From positions 744,001 to 808,000 of the forward strand of contig NW_025766966.1 of the NCBI RefSeq assembly GCF_003918875.1: 64,000 bases of DNA. The letters are read 5' to 3'. Under the pieces are notes generated by a model. That model was not told where the DNA came from. It was given only the letters and a program-made list of their open reading frames with translations, and did no database searches. The position numbers were made by a program, and so were the translations under genes. This DNA is from Haliotis rubra. Lineage: Eukaryota. Below are positions 26,674-38,178 of the stretch, piece after piece (position 1 is the first letter of the stretch; every line of letters starts with the position of its first letter).

Positions 26674-27603
26674 TATGCTGCTTTCAGACCAGGTACACAC
26701 AAGAACCTGCACTGCCAGTTGAGAACCTATCTTCTTTTCTGTGGCGAAGTAAACTGTAAGGATTTTCCAACCACTGCTGAAGTTTTGAGTCGTTATGCAT
26801 GCTTTCTAGCAGAGAACTTCAAGAGTGTTCAGTCAGTCAGAAACTACATTTCCGGAGTCAGGACCTGGTCTACCATCCTTGGCATAGACACTACAGATTT
26901 TTATGCTCCTAGTGTCAAACTCACACTAACCGGTCTGGAGAAAACGAGTACACACTTGGTCAATCAACAGTTACCTTTATGGCCTTGGCACTTGGAAGCC
27001 ATGTTCCATCATATTGATCCTCACAACAATGAAGACTTATCCTTATGGGCGATGATTTTACTTCGATATTTTGCTATGCACAGAAAATCACAGTTCATTA
27101 GCTCCACTGGAAACTCGTTTGACCATTCCAAGCAGTTTACAAGAGATGACATTTCTTTGGGTGTGTCAGGATTAACCATTCGGATTAAATGGACTAAATC
27201 TCTACAGTCCCGCAGATCAGTGAATTATGTGCCTATAAAAAGAATGCCTCATTCATTATGTTGCCCTGTGCGTGCCTATTGTCGTATGGTGAACGCCATA
27301 CCAGCCAGACCTTCTGATCCAGCATTCGTTCAGTGCTACAAGGGACAGCTACGTTCTTGGTCTCGACAGCAATTAGACCAAAAGTTTAGCTGCCTTTTGC
27401 ACAAATGTGGCCTTGACTCTCAATCATACTCGTTCCACAGCATAAGAAGGGGTGGCGCTTCGCTGGCTGCAGCTACAGGCTCAAGTGACAGTGACATTTG
27501 TGCAATCGGCCTTTGGTCATCGTCGTCTTATAAGGACTATATCAAACTCTCGCCACTCATTCTGTCCAGAGTTTCTGGCAGAATGGCACAAACATTTAAA
27601 TAA
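26674..27603 (+). CDS. Tyrosine recombinase (phage-integrase family) of the DIRS/Ngaro element
   Basis: Open frame with RKS, KWTKS, CCPV, HSIRRGGAS and GLWSSSSYKDY, covering the R-K-HxxR-W-Y catalytic set. The frame extends upstream of the called TTG through YAAFRPGTHKNL. Confidence 0.85.
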   Translation, partial: YAAFRPGTHKNLHCQLRTYLLFCGEVNCKDFPTTAEVLSRYACFLAENFKSVQSVRNYISGVRTWSTILGIDTTDFYAPSVKLTLTGLEKTSTHLVNQQLPLWPWHLEAMFHHIDPHNNEDLSLWAMILLRYFAMHRKSQFISSTGNSFDHSKQFTRDDISLGVSGLTIRIKWTKSLQSRRSVNYVPIKRMPHSLCCPVRAYCRMVNAIPARPSDPAFVQCYKGQLRSWSRQQLDQKFSCLLHKCGLDSQSYSFHSIRRGGASLAAATGSSDSDICAIGLWSSSSYKDYIKLSPLILSRVSGRMAQTFK

Positions 27604-27644
27604 CTTGGTCAGAGTACAGAACTTTCCCATGTAGTCAGTCATAC

Positions 27645-28055
27645 TTGTATTCTTAATCAGGCTGTCATAACTTGTCACAACTATGTTCACACATTACCAG
27701 TTTTTCTATTTCCTTTATTTTCTCAAAGGCTAAATGTCAAGCCATTTCCTTCATTTATTAGTATATATTGATGACTGTTCATCAGTAAATGATTTTATTG
27801 TAATGTTGGTTCTGCAGCTGTTTGAACCTATATTTTCAACACATGTCAATCATATTTGTATCCTTAATGAGGTTGTCATAACTTGTCACAACTATGTTCA
27901 CACATTACCAGTTTTTCTATTTCCTTGATTTTCCCAAAGGCTAAATGTCAAAGCCATTTCCTTCTTTTATTAAGTATATATTGATGACTGCTTTCAGAAA
28001 CTGTTTTTATTATAATGTTGAATCTGCATAGCTGTTTGAACCTATATTTTCAACA
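27645..28055. repeat. ~210-bp tandem direct repeat (2 copies) at the 3' end of the YR retrotransposon
   Basis: tgtcataacttgtcacaactatgttcacacattaccagtttttctatttcct occurs at ~27664 and ~27874. Confidence 0.85.
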
Positions 28056-28755
28056 TGGCTTCCTTTTGGTTTAGATGTGATGTTATGTTACATATTAATA
28101 ATAATACTGTAAATGTTATATCCAAGTTATCTAACTCAATGCATGTGATTATGCGATATATCTATCAACCAAAGCACGAACGTACAGCGCACTATATCCG
28201 GTTTGCACTGTATGAAATCATACACTGTGACTGCATCGCCCGCGAAACATCGCCAGGAAACCAACTGCTTTCGTCATTCGTAACTACTCGCCTCTTTCCG
28301 TGACTTACAAGAAGTTACGAATGCTGCTTTCGTGTCCGCCTTGCATTTGCAAAGGGAAGTAACTCCGCTGTATCGCCTTGTAATTCATGCTGTCAACAAA
28401 CAACCATTATCTCACCCTGTTCCGTGACCTAAAAAGATAACAGAGACCATATTATATGGTCTCTGAAAGATAACAACGGAACGGACAGGTACAGCAGATT
28501 ACGCAATACACTGAAGTTGTTACACCGGGCTAAAGCGAGGCATAGCGTATAAGGGCTTGTGTTTGGATCGTGACACAGTTGTTACACCTGTCACCGAACC
28601 TTCTCAACAGAGAGCGATTTCCACACGATCGAACAAGCAAGTGTCCCTCATTCAAGATCTTTCGCAATACGGATGAATATGTGTTTATGAAGAAGTGTAA
28701 ATCCAGTATATCCTTGTCTATAGGTCAGTAGACGCTTTGTATCGGTAAAGCGGAA

Positions 28756-31700
28756 ATGGCTTTGAAATTCACTCCTGTTGTGTTGACGGCGAGGCAAGCT
28801 AGACTTGCAATGGGCTTCTGTAGAGGAAAAGCGACAACAGTGACTTCGCAACCAGACATGCATGAAGCCAAGCCGATGTCACAAATCCCCGGCCCAAAAG
28901 GATTGTCAATGATAAGCAGCACCTTCCAGTCGGCCACTAATGCTGCGGCATCTCACAAATGGATCCAAGGGAGGCATGAAGAATTTGGACCAATCTTCAG
29001 GGAAAGGATGGGAGTTATGGATCTCGTCTTTATATCCGACGCGGACGCTGTCGAACAGTTGTTGAGACAGGATGGGAAATACCCGGAGCGATTACAAATT
29101 CACCATTGGTTGGATTACCGGAAGAGGCACGAGATCCCAACAGGGCTGTTCATGTCGTGAGTTTACAAGTGCATACACACACGCATGCACGCGTGCACNN
29201 NNNNNNNNNNNNNNNNNNNNNNNNNNNNNNNNNNNNNNNNNNNNNNNNNNNNNNNNNNNNNNNNNNNNNNNNNNNNNNNNNNNNNNNNNNNNNNNNNNNN
29301 NNNNNNNNNNNNNNNNNNNNNNNNNNNNNNNNNNNNNNNNNNNNNNNNNNNNNNNNNNNNNNNNATAACAACAACTGAGTTATGTTTTAAAGTAAATGTT
29401 GCTGGGAATATACACTTCATGATTGATGATGGCTGAAAGTAAGAAATGGTTATTCGATGCATTTGATAGCGATAGCTTTGGTGTGATTATGCCTTATGTT
29501 TGCAGTGTTTTGTCGACTGTTTTCATTCTGGTACCATCTTGATATAACGGGTTTTTTCAATCCATACGCTATTTTGCCTGGCAGTGTATTTTGATACAAG
29601 GACTGGTATGATATCTATAGTCCCGTGAAGATCAAGTTTAGACTTGATCTTCAGTAACCCATGCTTGTCGTAAGATGCGACTAACGGGATCGGGTGGTCA
29701 GGCTCGCTGACTTGGTTGACACATCATCAAATCATAATTGCGTAGATCGATGCTCATGGTGTTGATCACTGGATTGTCTGTTCCAGACTCGGTTATTTAC
29801 AGACCGCCGCCATATAGTAGGAATATTGCTGAGTGTGGCGTATAACTGAACTCACTCATGATATCTATAGGCTACGGTCATCTTTATGATCCACGCTCAG
29901 AAGACTAAAATTATGACACATTCGAAAACTGTTTTAACCTTTTTTGCACTCTGATTCTATCCTATTGTGTCACTGAATACAACTCTAGATATATAAGTAG
30001 ATCAAGTAATTTACTAACTGCAGCTTAATATGATAGTAGCAGTTTAATCTTAAGAACTATCGCGGCGGCACCACCGACAGGAAGAACGATATTCGTTCAA
30101 TGGACTTAACGTCAATTTCTAACTTGTTTTTACTCAGATCAACGCATTATCCTACACCATGTTGGCTGGCATGAGTTCATTTTAAAAATACGTTTTAGGT
30201 GAAAAGATTGAGTCTGAGAAAATTAACAAACACTGAATTTGACTTTGCTCTTTCCTATTTTATCGTTCTAGTTTCACCATACTATATATTATGCTCTGTC
30301 TAGAGATGGACCTCACTGGCATCGACTCAGAAGGGTCATAGATAAACCTATGCTGAAAATCCGAGCTGTCAACTCCTACGCCGTAGAGTTCAATGACGTT
30401 GTTGCCGAGTTCATTGCCCGGATGCATCGTGTGCGGAGTTCAGATAATTCCATACCGGATCTTGCCGAAGAGCTGTTTGGTTGGAGTGTTGAATGTACGT
30501 AAAATGCTGAACAGAAACAGAAATTGTGATTGCGGATGGCGCTTTTAGGTTTCGTTAATGAATTCGTCTCCGAAATTTGGTCCAAGGTGTAAAATTGATA
30601 TTGAACCACAATGAATATCACTGGCACACATATGTATCACGTTAAAAAAATGAGTGAGTGAGTTTTAAGCCGCTTTTGGAAATATTCCAGCAATATCAGG
30701 GGGACACCAGAAATGGGCTTCACATATTGTACCCATGTGGGAAATCGAACCCGGGTCTCATACGTATCGAGCGAACACTTTAACCTACTGCCCCCACGAA
30801 CACAAGACGTATGTGTTCATAAGATACATTAACTGTATTCAGCAATATTTTGGATTAGGTTTATAAGTTACGTGTTATAATTTTATGTTAAAGCTATTGG
30901 CCGACTCTTGTTTGAGAAGAAACTGGGCTGCTTGTCCGACCAGCGTGACCAAGAGACCCAAGCCTTCATTGACAGCGTCCATGCAGTGTTTGAGAGCACC
31001 AGGGAAATGATTTTCCTTCCGCCATGGGGAGCTCGGATATTCATGCGAGGTGTTTGGAAACGGCACGATGAGGCATGGAACACTATATTTAGAGTCGGTT
31101 GGTTGACTGTTTTTCTATATTTAGGATCTACACATATATTATAATATTTGAATTCAATTCAAGACCAAATGAGGCAAGATCAAAGGAACCGTCAGTCAAT
31201 TATAGTACTATAGGAATGAGCAGCTGGAACGCCTTCCACTAGTTATCCTAGCTTTTACGCTGAAGTTGTTTCTGACTTGCGAGGTCTTCTACAACAAACT
31301 GTCAGTGACGTCACGAGCAGAAGACCGTCAAATCGTGCTACGTCACCTACGACAGATTTCGCCGGCTACACGAACTAGGGCTGAAGTCGAAGACATATCC
31401 AGTGTCCTAGTGCCTATTCGCGGACGGCAGGCACTGGAGACGACGTAGGCCCAATGTTGTGTACACAGATTCCGGAAGTCAGCTGTGGGAACAACTTCCT
31501 GACTTCTGGTCATCCGTGGAAACCTCACAGCTGCTTTACCGCGACAAGGTGCTCACCCCTGAACTCGTTCCTTCATATGGCGGCTCATGGCCCAGGTCTA
31601 CGACCAGCATGATAATGCTCGGCTGGCAACGTCACGGCCATCGAGGTTGACCTAACCGGCTCCAGAATTATTTTCACTGTTATTTCATGCGTACGTAGGG

Positions 31701-34700
31701 ATTCGAAACCAGCGTAAAATACGAACACTTAAATGTATGACTACGTCACTAGACTCACTACCCTTCTGTCATATGACCTGAAGTGTATCAGTCACATTAT
31801 CCCTGATTCTCAGTGTTACATCATCGTTGTGATAAGTACCCTGGATCAACATGCATCAACCGTATCAGCTGGTGCACGTGTCACCATTTAAGTATCTGTT
31901 ATCACCAGCTGCAATGTATTATTGTGTGTGTCCCAGCAAACGACATAATAGGCACCAAACTGCGGGAGATCCAGGAGAAGGGCGCCGATGGTTCTGAGGT
32001 GGGGTTTCTTGCCAGCTTCCTTGAAGAGAACTCGCTCTCCACAGATGAGATCTACAGCAACGTGTCCGAGCTCTTAGGTGCTGCCATTGACACGGTAACG
32101 CCCTTTGTTGAACTTGAGTTCTGTGAGTTTAGTGTGCTATATTATTTGCCATCTCAAAGTCGTAAATGTGTTTTAAGGCGTACATAACTATCGTGTTCCA
32201 GACTTCTAACACCACCCAGATGATTCTGCAGGAAGTTGCCAGCAATCCCCAGGTTCAGAGTAGACTTCTGGAGGAAGTGAACAGAGTTGTGCCCCCTGAC
32301 CAGCAACCAACTGCAGAGCATCTGAAAGATATGCATTACTTGAAGGCGGTCATTAAAGAAACTCTCAGGTGCGAGTGGCTGTTTTTCCAACAATTTTATT
32401 GGAAGCATCATTTGTTCATTTGAAGGATGCAAATATCAACTTCACATTTATACGATCCTAATTTTGTCAACACCATATATCTGATCCTCGAGTCATAGAT
32501 TTACTATAAGTCCATATGTTATGATAAACGTTACTACTGATACAGCAGATCTATGTTTTGATATCATAAAACGGTTGTTGATATCAAACATATCATTTCT
32601 ATATATGTATATAATATATTATTAATACAATTATGATATAAATATATCATTAACAGTAAGCTATGTGAAATATATCGATGGAATTACACGTGCATTAGAC
32701 ACGAGTAGCCTATTAATTGCAGTAAGATGCCATGAAGTGAATTTTGATTGACTTCTATATATAAATATATATAGTTATTCCTTTTTAAAAATGATTTAGT
32801 GATATCCAACATCGAATTTAGGACGTCCAAAAATCAAATGTCAATGGCCTGCCAAACCTCGTTTTTTCCATCTAAACTGACACGCAGTGACATAAATTCA
32901 GATCCATAAACTGCAGATCCTTGCAGGTCTAAGGGAAGCAACCCTGACACCTGAGACAACTAACATATTTTGGTTTTCTATGCTGAGACCTATGCATGTT
33001 TTAACATATCCTCTGAATGTTATTTCAGGATGTACCCTACCGCTGCCGTTGTATTTCGGAACCTGCAGCAGGATGCCACCATTCTAGGTTACTCTATACC
33101 TAAAGGGGTGAGTAATTTATACTCTCCATCTATAGACTGTGAAACTGTGGGGATCGGGGTTAGAACTGGTCTTCAACCCTTTCTTGTCGTAAGAGGCTAC
33201 TAACGAATCAGATGTTCTGGCTCGCTGATTTGTTTCATACATGTCGTCATATCCCAATTGTGAAGATTAATGCTTTTGAGTGTCAATAACTGTACTGTAT
33301 GGTGCAGATTTTATTATTTACGGATTACCATTGGAGCAGTAAGAAATACACCTTAAAGCAAACGACGAGGAACAATCAATTGCACTGACCTTGGTCCCAT
33401 TTTGACACCAAACCGAAAATTGCTTCTTGTCCATATTACTAAAATCACGGTCGTTGGATCGATTAGGTGCCTGACTCTGAGGGTGTGAGTTCGAATCCCG
33501 GATGGGGCTCAACTCAAAAAGTACTAGAATTTGTACTTCACTATGAAAGTGTAATCCCAAATATAACATATGTTACATATTACTGAAATCACGGTCGTTG
33601 GATCAAACATATATATGTTTGTGTAAATTACAAGTAGATAAGTAATGTCTTCAGTAATATATAAGGTGATAAATGACTTAATGCTTCAGTATCAGCCTCC
33701 GTGGTATGCGTGTAAATTAGACTTTTCATAATTTCATCCATACAAACTATCGGTTACGGGAAGACCTTGTCCTGTCGCGTCAATTAGGCTGATTATCTCA
33801 AATTATTTCTTTTGCTGCCCACGCGCTTATTTAGAGGGAGGAGTAGGTTTTGAAACGGTTGTAACTCCCCTACTTTATACAACGCCACGCCCACTCTACA
33901 CAGGTTTCCATGTGTGTTCATCTCTATGCTCTGGGGCGTCATCCCAAATACTACGAACATCCAGACGAGTTCCGACCAGAACGTTGGCTCAGGGACGAAG
34001 GCAACAAGAAGATACACGCGTTCGCCTGGTTGCCTTTCGGGTTTGGACCTCGGATGTGTGTAGGTGGGTAGAACTACTTGTTGGTATACCGATTTGTCAT
34101 AATGGTGGAGTGAGTGAGTTTAGTTTTACGCCACATTTAGCAATATTACAGCAATATCACGGCGATGGACACCAAAAATGGGCTTTACAGATCGTACCCA
34201 TGTAGGGAATCGAACTCAGTTTTTCGGCATGACGAGCGAACGCTTTAACCTCTAGGCTACCCAACTGACCCTCATACTGGTGGAAACTGCAGATGCATTT
34301 AAAGAGGAAATTGTGTGTTTAACCCCATCATGTTCCTTCAAGATGACACGGGAGAGAATAGTTACATAGGTTTCTGCTAGATTTAAACAACTGGTGGTCA
34401 GTCCCATCGAACTGGTTCATTGGGCGTTGTGGTACCCCACCGGGAGGCCGCTGGGATAGCTAAGTGGTTAAAGCAGTCAGTCGTCACACCGACGACCCGG
34501 GTTCGAGCCCCTACATGGGTGCAAATACTGCAATGTGTGAAGCCCATTTCTGGGAAAGAGTTCCGCCCGTACCCTCCTCCCCCATGAAAAACCAAAATTA
34601 CAAACAAACATGCACACCTCACCCTAAATATACATTAAAAAGAGAGGGACTCGATTCCAAAGAGAGGGGGTTACGGGCGGAACTCTTTCCCATTTCTGGT

Positions 34701-35524
34701 GTCCTCCCGCCCCGATATTGTTGGCATAATGCTGAAAGCGGCGTAATGTTCATCATACTCACCCAGTAACCACCCCACCTCACATCCGTCACTGCCTTGT
34801 CCGATCCAGGTTCAGTTCTTTCCAGGACAGATGGAACATTAGGGGACTTGAACAAAGTACAAACAATCTTAAATTTATACATTTTGGGAAAGGTTTCAGT
34901 TTTTTACACCACTGTGCGGTAGGTCTAATGGATGCAGTAATGACGCATATGGTGTATGTTAAGTCTCCTCCTGTTGTCCTCAAACCCTTTCTGTGTACAC
35001 TAAGTCTCCTTTATACTGATATCTACAATGTATGACGTATGTTGTTTAGGGCGGCGTGTTGCTGAACTTGAAATGCAGTTGCTCATATCACAGGTAAGCA
35101 CACTTCTGACACTAAATAAACACAAGTACTGTCACTATACTTCTTTGGAACATTTACCAGCTTGACTGCGTATATGTTGTATATGAGCCATCGCGTTTTT
35201 GGTTGTTTATATATTTTAAGAAATCCACATTTTGTAAATTCAAAATCTTCTGTGATTTCTTATTCACAGGTTATGGCTATGAATGTATGCCTCACTTCCC
35301 TCTCACTTAAAATACACTTTTTTCAAGGGTAAATTCCATTGAAGGTCTGTCTGACCTTTAGTTCGTGTGCCTCCCCTCACTGTCATGAATGTTCTTTTTT
35401 GTTTGTAAAGCTTGTTCGGAAGTTCCACATTGAACCATTGTCTGACAAACCGATGGAGATGAAGACGAACCTTCTCCTGATGCCTGTACATCCGGTTGAA
35501 ATACGCCTTGTAGACAGAGCCTAG
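28756..35524 (+). CDS. Mitochondrial-clan cytochrome P450, paralog 1 (~505 aa; CYP27/CYP24/CYP10/CYP49-like)
   Basis: Exons 28756-29156, 30304-30494, 30894-31097, 31937-32094, 32202-32368, 33029-33107, 33904-34063, 35050-35093, 35411-35524. Arg-rich presequence plus IPGP, I-helix GAAIDTTS, KAVIKETLR, PERW, FGFGPRMCVGRR. Confidence 0.92.
29199..29364. other. Assembly gap (N run) in P450-1 intron 1, flanked by CA- and AAC-rich simple repeats
   Basis: Run of Ns. Confidence 0.99.
31200..31700 (+). mobile_element. Tc1-like transposase remnant in P450-1 intron 3
   Basis: VTSRAEDRQIVLRHLR and RRLHELGLKS fragments resemble the Tc1 HTH/linker region. Heavily decayed. Confidence 0.5.
34553..34690. 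mobile_element. 138-bp MITE with ~19-bp TIR and 8-bp TSD inserted in a SINE-A
   Basis: ggaaagagttccgcccgta ... tacgggcggaactctttcc, with catttctg duplicated at 34545-34552 and 34691-34698. Confidence 0.85.
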
Positions 35525-37027
35525 TCTGAAACTACACACGACAAACACATGTGGTTTGTAAGCCATGTATAGAGAGAGCCTTGTCTGGCAGCGTAGTGGG
35601 CTTGGAAGCGTTGACTCGTCACGTCGAAGACACGAGTTTGATTCCCAAAATGATTACAATGCCACAAATGCACACTGACACCATAAATCCGTCGACAATT
35701 GTTATAATGAGTACAGTTCACGCTCGTTCCGTGATTGTTCCACGACAAAGGTTGTAACTGACTCCCTCACTCATATATTCATATATAATGCACCTCACAC
35801 TATCGAGATTTACACCTGAAGCAGATATAAAGGCTATGCTATGCTGATATGTTTGGTTTAAAAACAATATATTGCACAGGCAGAACAGCAGCTACGTTTC
35901 TCAAACTGATCATGGCATCTACTTGCATTTTGTATTGGGAATAAAATATTGGCGTTTTGTTTTTTTGTGTTTTGTTTCTAAAAAAGAAAGTATTTCAGTA
36001 ATAGGTGTTGTTTTAATATAAATGATTACTAAAGATAATTTTTAGTGTTGATTTAATGTCGCTTCATGTCGCTTCAAAGTGACGCAGGTCTGATATGTTT
36101 ACCATTTTGGTAAAATCCACAAGCACGGTTGTAAGTATAGTGCTAATGGACCTAGACACGCAATCATGCTGATCCAGGATTCGAACCCACGATCATAGGT
36201 TCCAAAGCCATAAAGCGGCGCCTTGGAATATTGCTAGCAGGAAAGCTCACTCACTAAACCTTGATACATTATATTTTCATATACCGTACATTGAAATACC
36301 ACGTGTTCTTGGAACCAATCACCATGCTTAAAACATTGAACTCACATTGAAATATGTCTAAGATACCCGAAAACAATACATTGTACTAATGGTACAAAAC
36401 ATTGCGCGTTTCGTCAGATGGTCACACGTGCTAAGACATATGTGAGGTAAAGGTGCGGGGGAAGTAAAGGGTAAACAAGTAACAGTTGCCATGTGAGTGA
36501 GTTTAGTTTCACGCCGCACTCAGCAATATTCCAGCTATATGGCGGCGGTCTGTAAATAATCGAGGATGGACCAGACAATCTAGTGATCAACAGCATGATC
36601 ATCGATCTACGCAACTACGATACGATGACATGTGTCAATCAAGTCAGCGAACCTGACCACGTGCACCCGATCCCGTTAGTCGCCTCTTACGACAAGCATG
36701 GGTTACTGAAGACCAATTCTAACTCGGATCTTCATGGGTACCATGGAACAGTAAAACGCAGTGTATTTTAATATGAAATAGTTTGTAAACAAAACTTTTT
36801 TTGTTTAAAACCTGAATACTGTATACGAATATTTAAATCTCCCTTTGAGCTGGAATATATAGGAAGTGGTACTACATCTCATCATGTTCCATCTCATTGT
36901 TCATAACAAATGGTTTATTGCATACAGACCACATTATAGGTCTCAAACTTTGAAACATCTCAAATTGCTTGGTCCAGTTGATGTCCTGAAGTGGATCGGT
37001 CCAGTTCGGGCCTGTGTACTTATATGT

Positions 37028-37112
37028 CCAGATAGCATCGGACGTTGGCCCAACGTTGGCAATGTTGACAAAACCATTGCCAACGTTGGGCCAAAGTCTG
37101 AATGCTATCTGG
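37028..37112. mobile_element. ~85-bp palindromic MITE
   Basis: ccagatagca..ttggcccaacgttggcaatg / cattgccaacgttgggccaa..tgctatctgg, including a 20-bp perfect inner inverted repeat. Confidence 0.7.
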
Positions 37113-38178
37113 GTGGTCCAGTTAAAAGAACCTTTAGATGTCTCAGCATAGTGAATGAGTATTGTTTTACGCCGCTTTTAGCAATATTCCAGCAATATCA
37201 CGGCGGGGACCCCAGAAATGGACTTCACACATTATACCAATGTGGGGAATCGAACCCGGGTTTCGGTGTGACGAGCGAACGCTTTAACTACAAGGCTACC
37301 CCACCACCATTGTCTCGGCTTTGACAGACGCTGTATCTGAATATATATAATTTTGAAACAAATAATTCCATTTAAATTGAAAAGCAGCCTCAGTGAGATA
37401 GGAGATACTAAACCTGGGGAAAACTAGACTTGCTTCATTTAGAGCTTTTGCATTGTAAAGTGGGCTGGGCGGAGGGAAAACGTAGTTCGGGGACAAATGT
37501 CGACCCTGTTACTGGACACACGTAAACAAAGATAAGCTATCGAGGCCTCAGCTCCCATGTCAGTATCTGGCATGTGTGAGTGCAGTAAACTTTCACTCAG
37601 TGTACTAACTCCCTTAATGCAGACACCCTCGGTGTAAATTAGTTCTTAATTTGTGAATTATGTGTCACCAAGTGGGGGTGGGTGTGTGTGGGGGTGGTGG
37701 TTCCACCACATATGTGACTGTACTTGTTAACAAATCTATCCCAAATGAAAGTCCTCTTTCAAACACCACAGAACAGATAGGTAAACCCGACCGTTTATAC
37801 CTACAGGCGGCCTGTAATCTATTACAAGCAACATTCGCCCTGTGCGTTTAATCCGGGGCAGTCAGACAGCTATTTCTTGGTAGGCTGTAAATGTACTGGT
37901 CAGGACGAGTGAGGATACGGTGTTCTCAAAACTGCCGTACACTGACGGACTCTGCACTCGCTGACAAGTTATTACAGGTTACTCCTGACAACCTTAGGAC
38001 TGGTCGGTAAACCAGGGCGGTCGCTCAAGCTGCAACACGTGACTGTGCTGTTCATAGGCTTACAGTGTAAACATTGCGCAAATATATAACAGTTTGTGAA
38101 ATACAGAGTTGTGATTCGTCGTGCTTAACTTCTTTTTCTGCGGTGTCGGTGAACTGACAAAACCACAGACGTACAAAA

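Larger units (their letters stand above)
24380..28055 (+). mobile_element. Decayed tyrosine-recombinase retrotransposon (DIRS order, Ngaro-like)
   Basis: gag-like start MPSKRKCSTC..H..C at 24510. Frameshifted RT over 25492-26670 (SPLMSVPKK, RTVMDLS, KVDIKRCYR, PFGVR, YIDD, LQSLIGKL), followed by a YR ORF and a 3' ~210-bp direct repeat. Boundaries are approximate. Confidence 0.88.

Noticed and set aside
26719-27603. Prophage or bacterial integrase, or horizontal transfer
   Set aside because: It lies directly downstream of gag/RT in the DIRS/Ngaro layout, so it is a eukaryotic retroelement gene.
29072-29462. ORFs containing X runs
   Set aside because: Artefacts of the N gap.
29621-29700. HDV-like ribozyme in the SINE-B 5' end
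   Set aside because: The ~30-nt segment between candidate P2 and P1' is too long for P3/L3, and no P1 5' strand is evident. Kept only as an unclassified structure.
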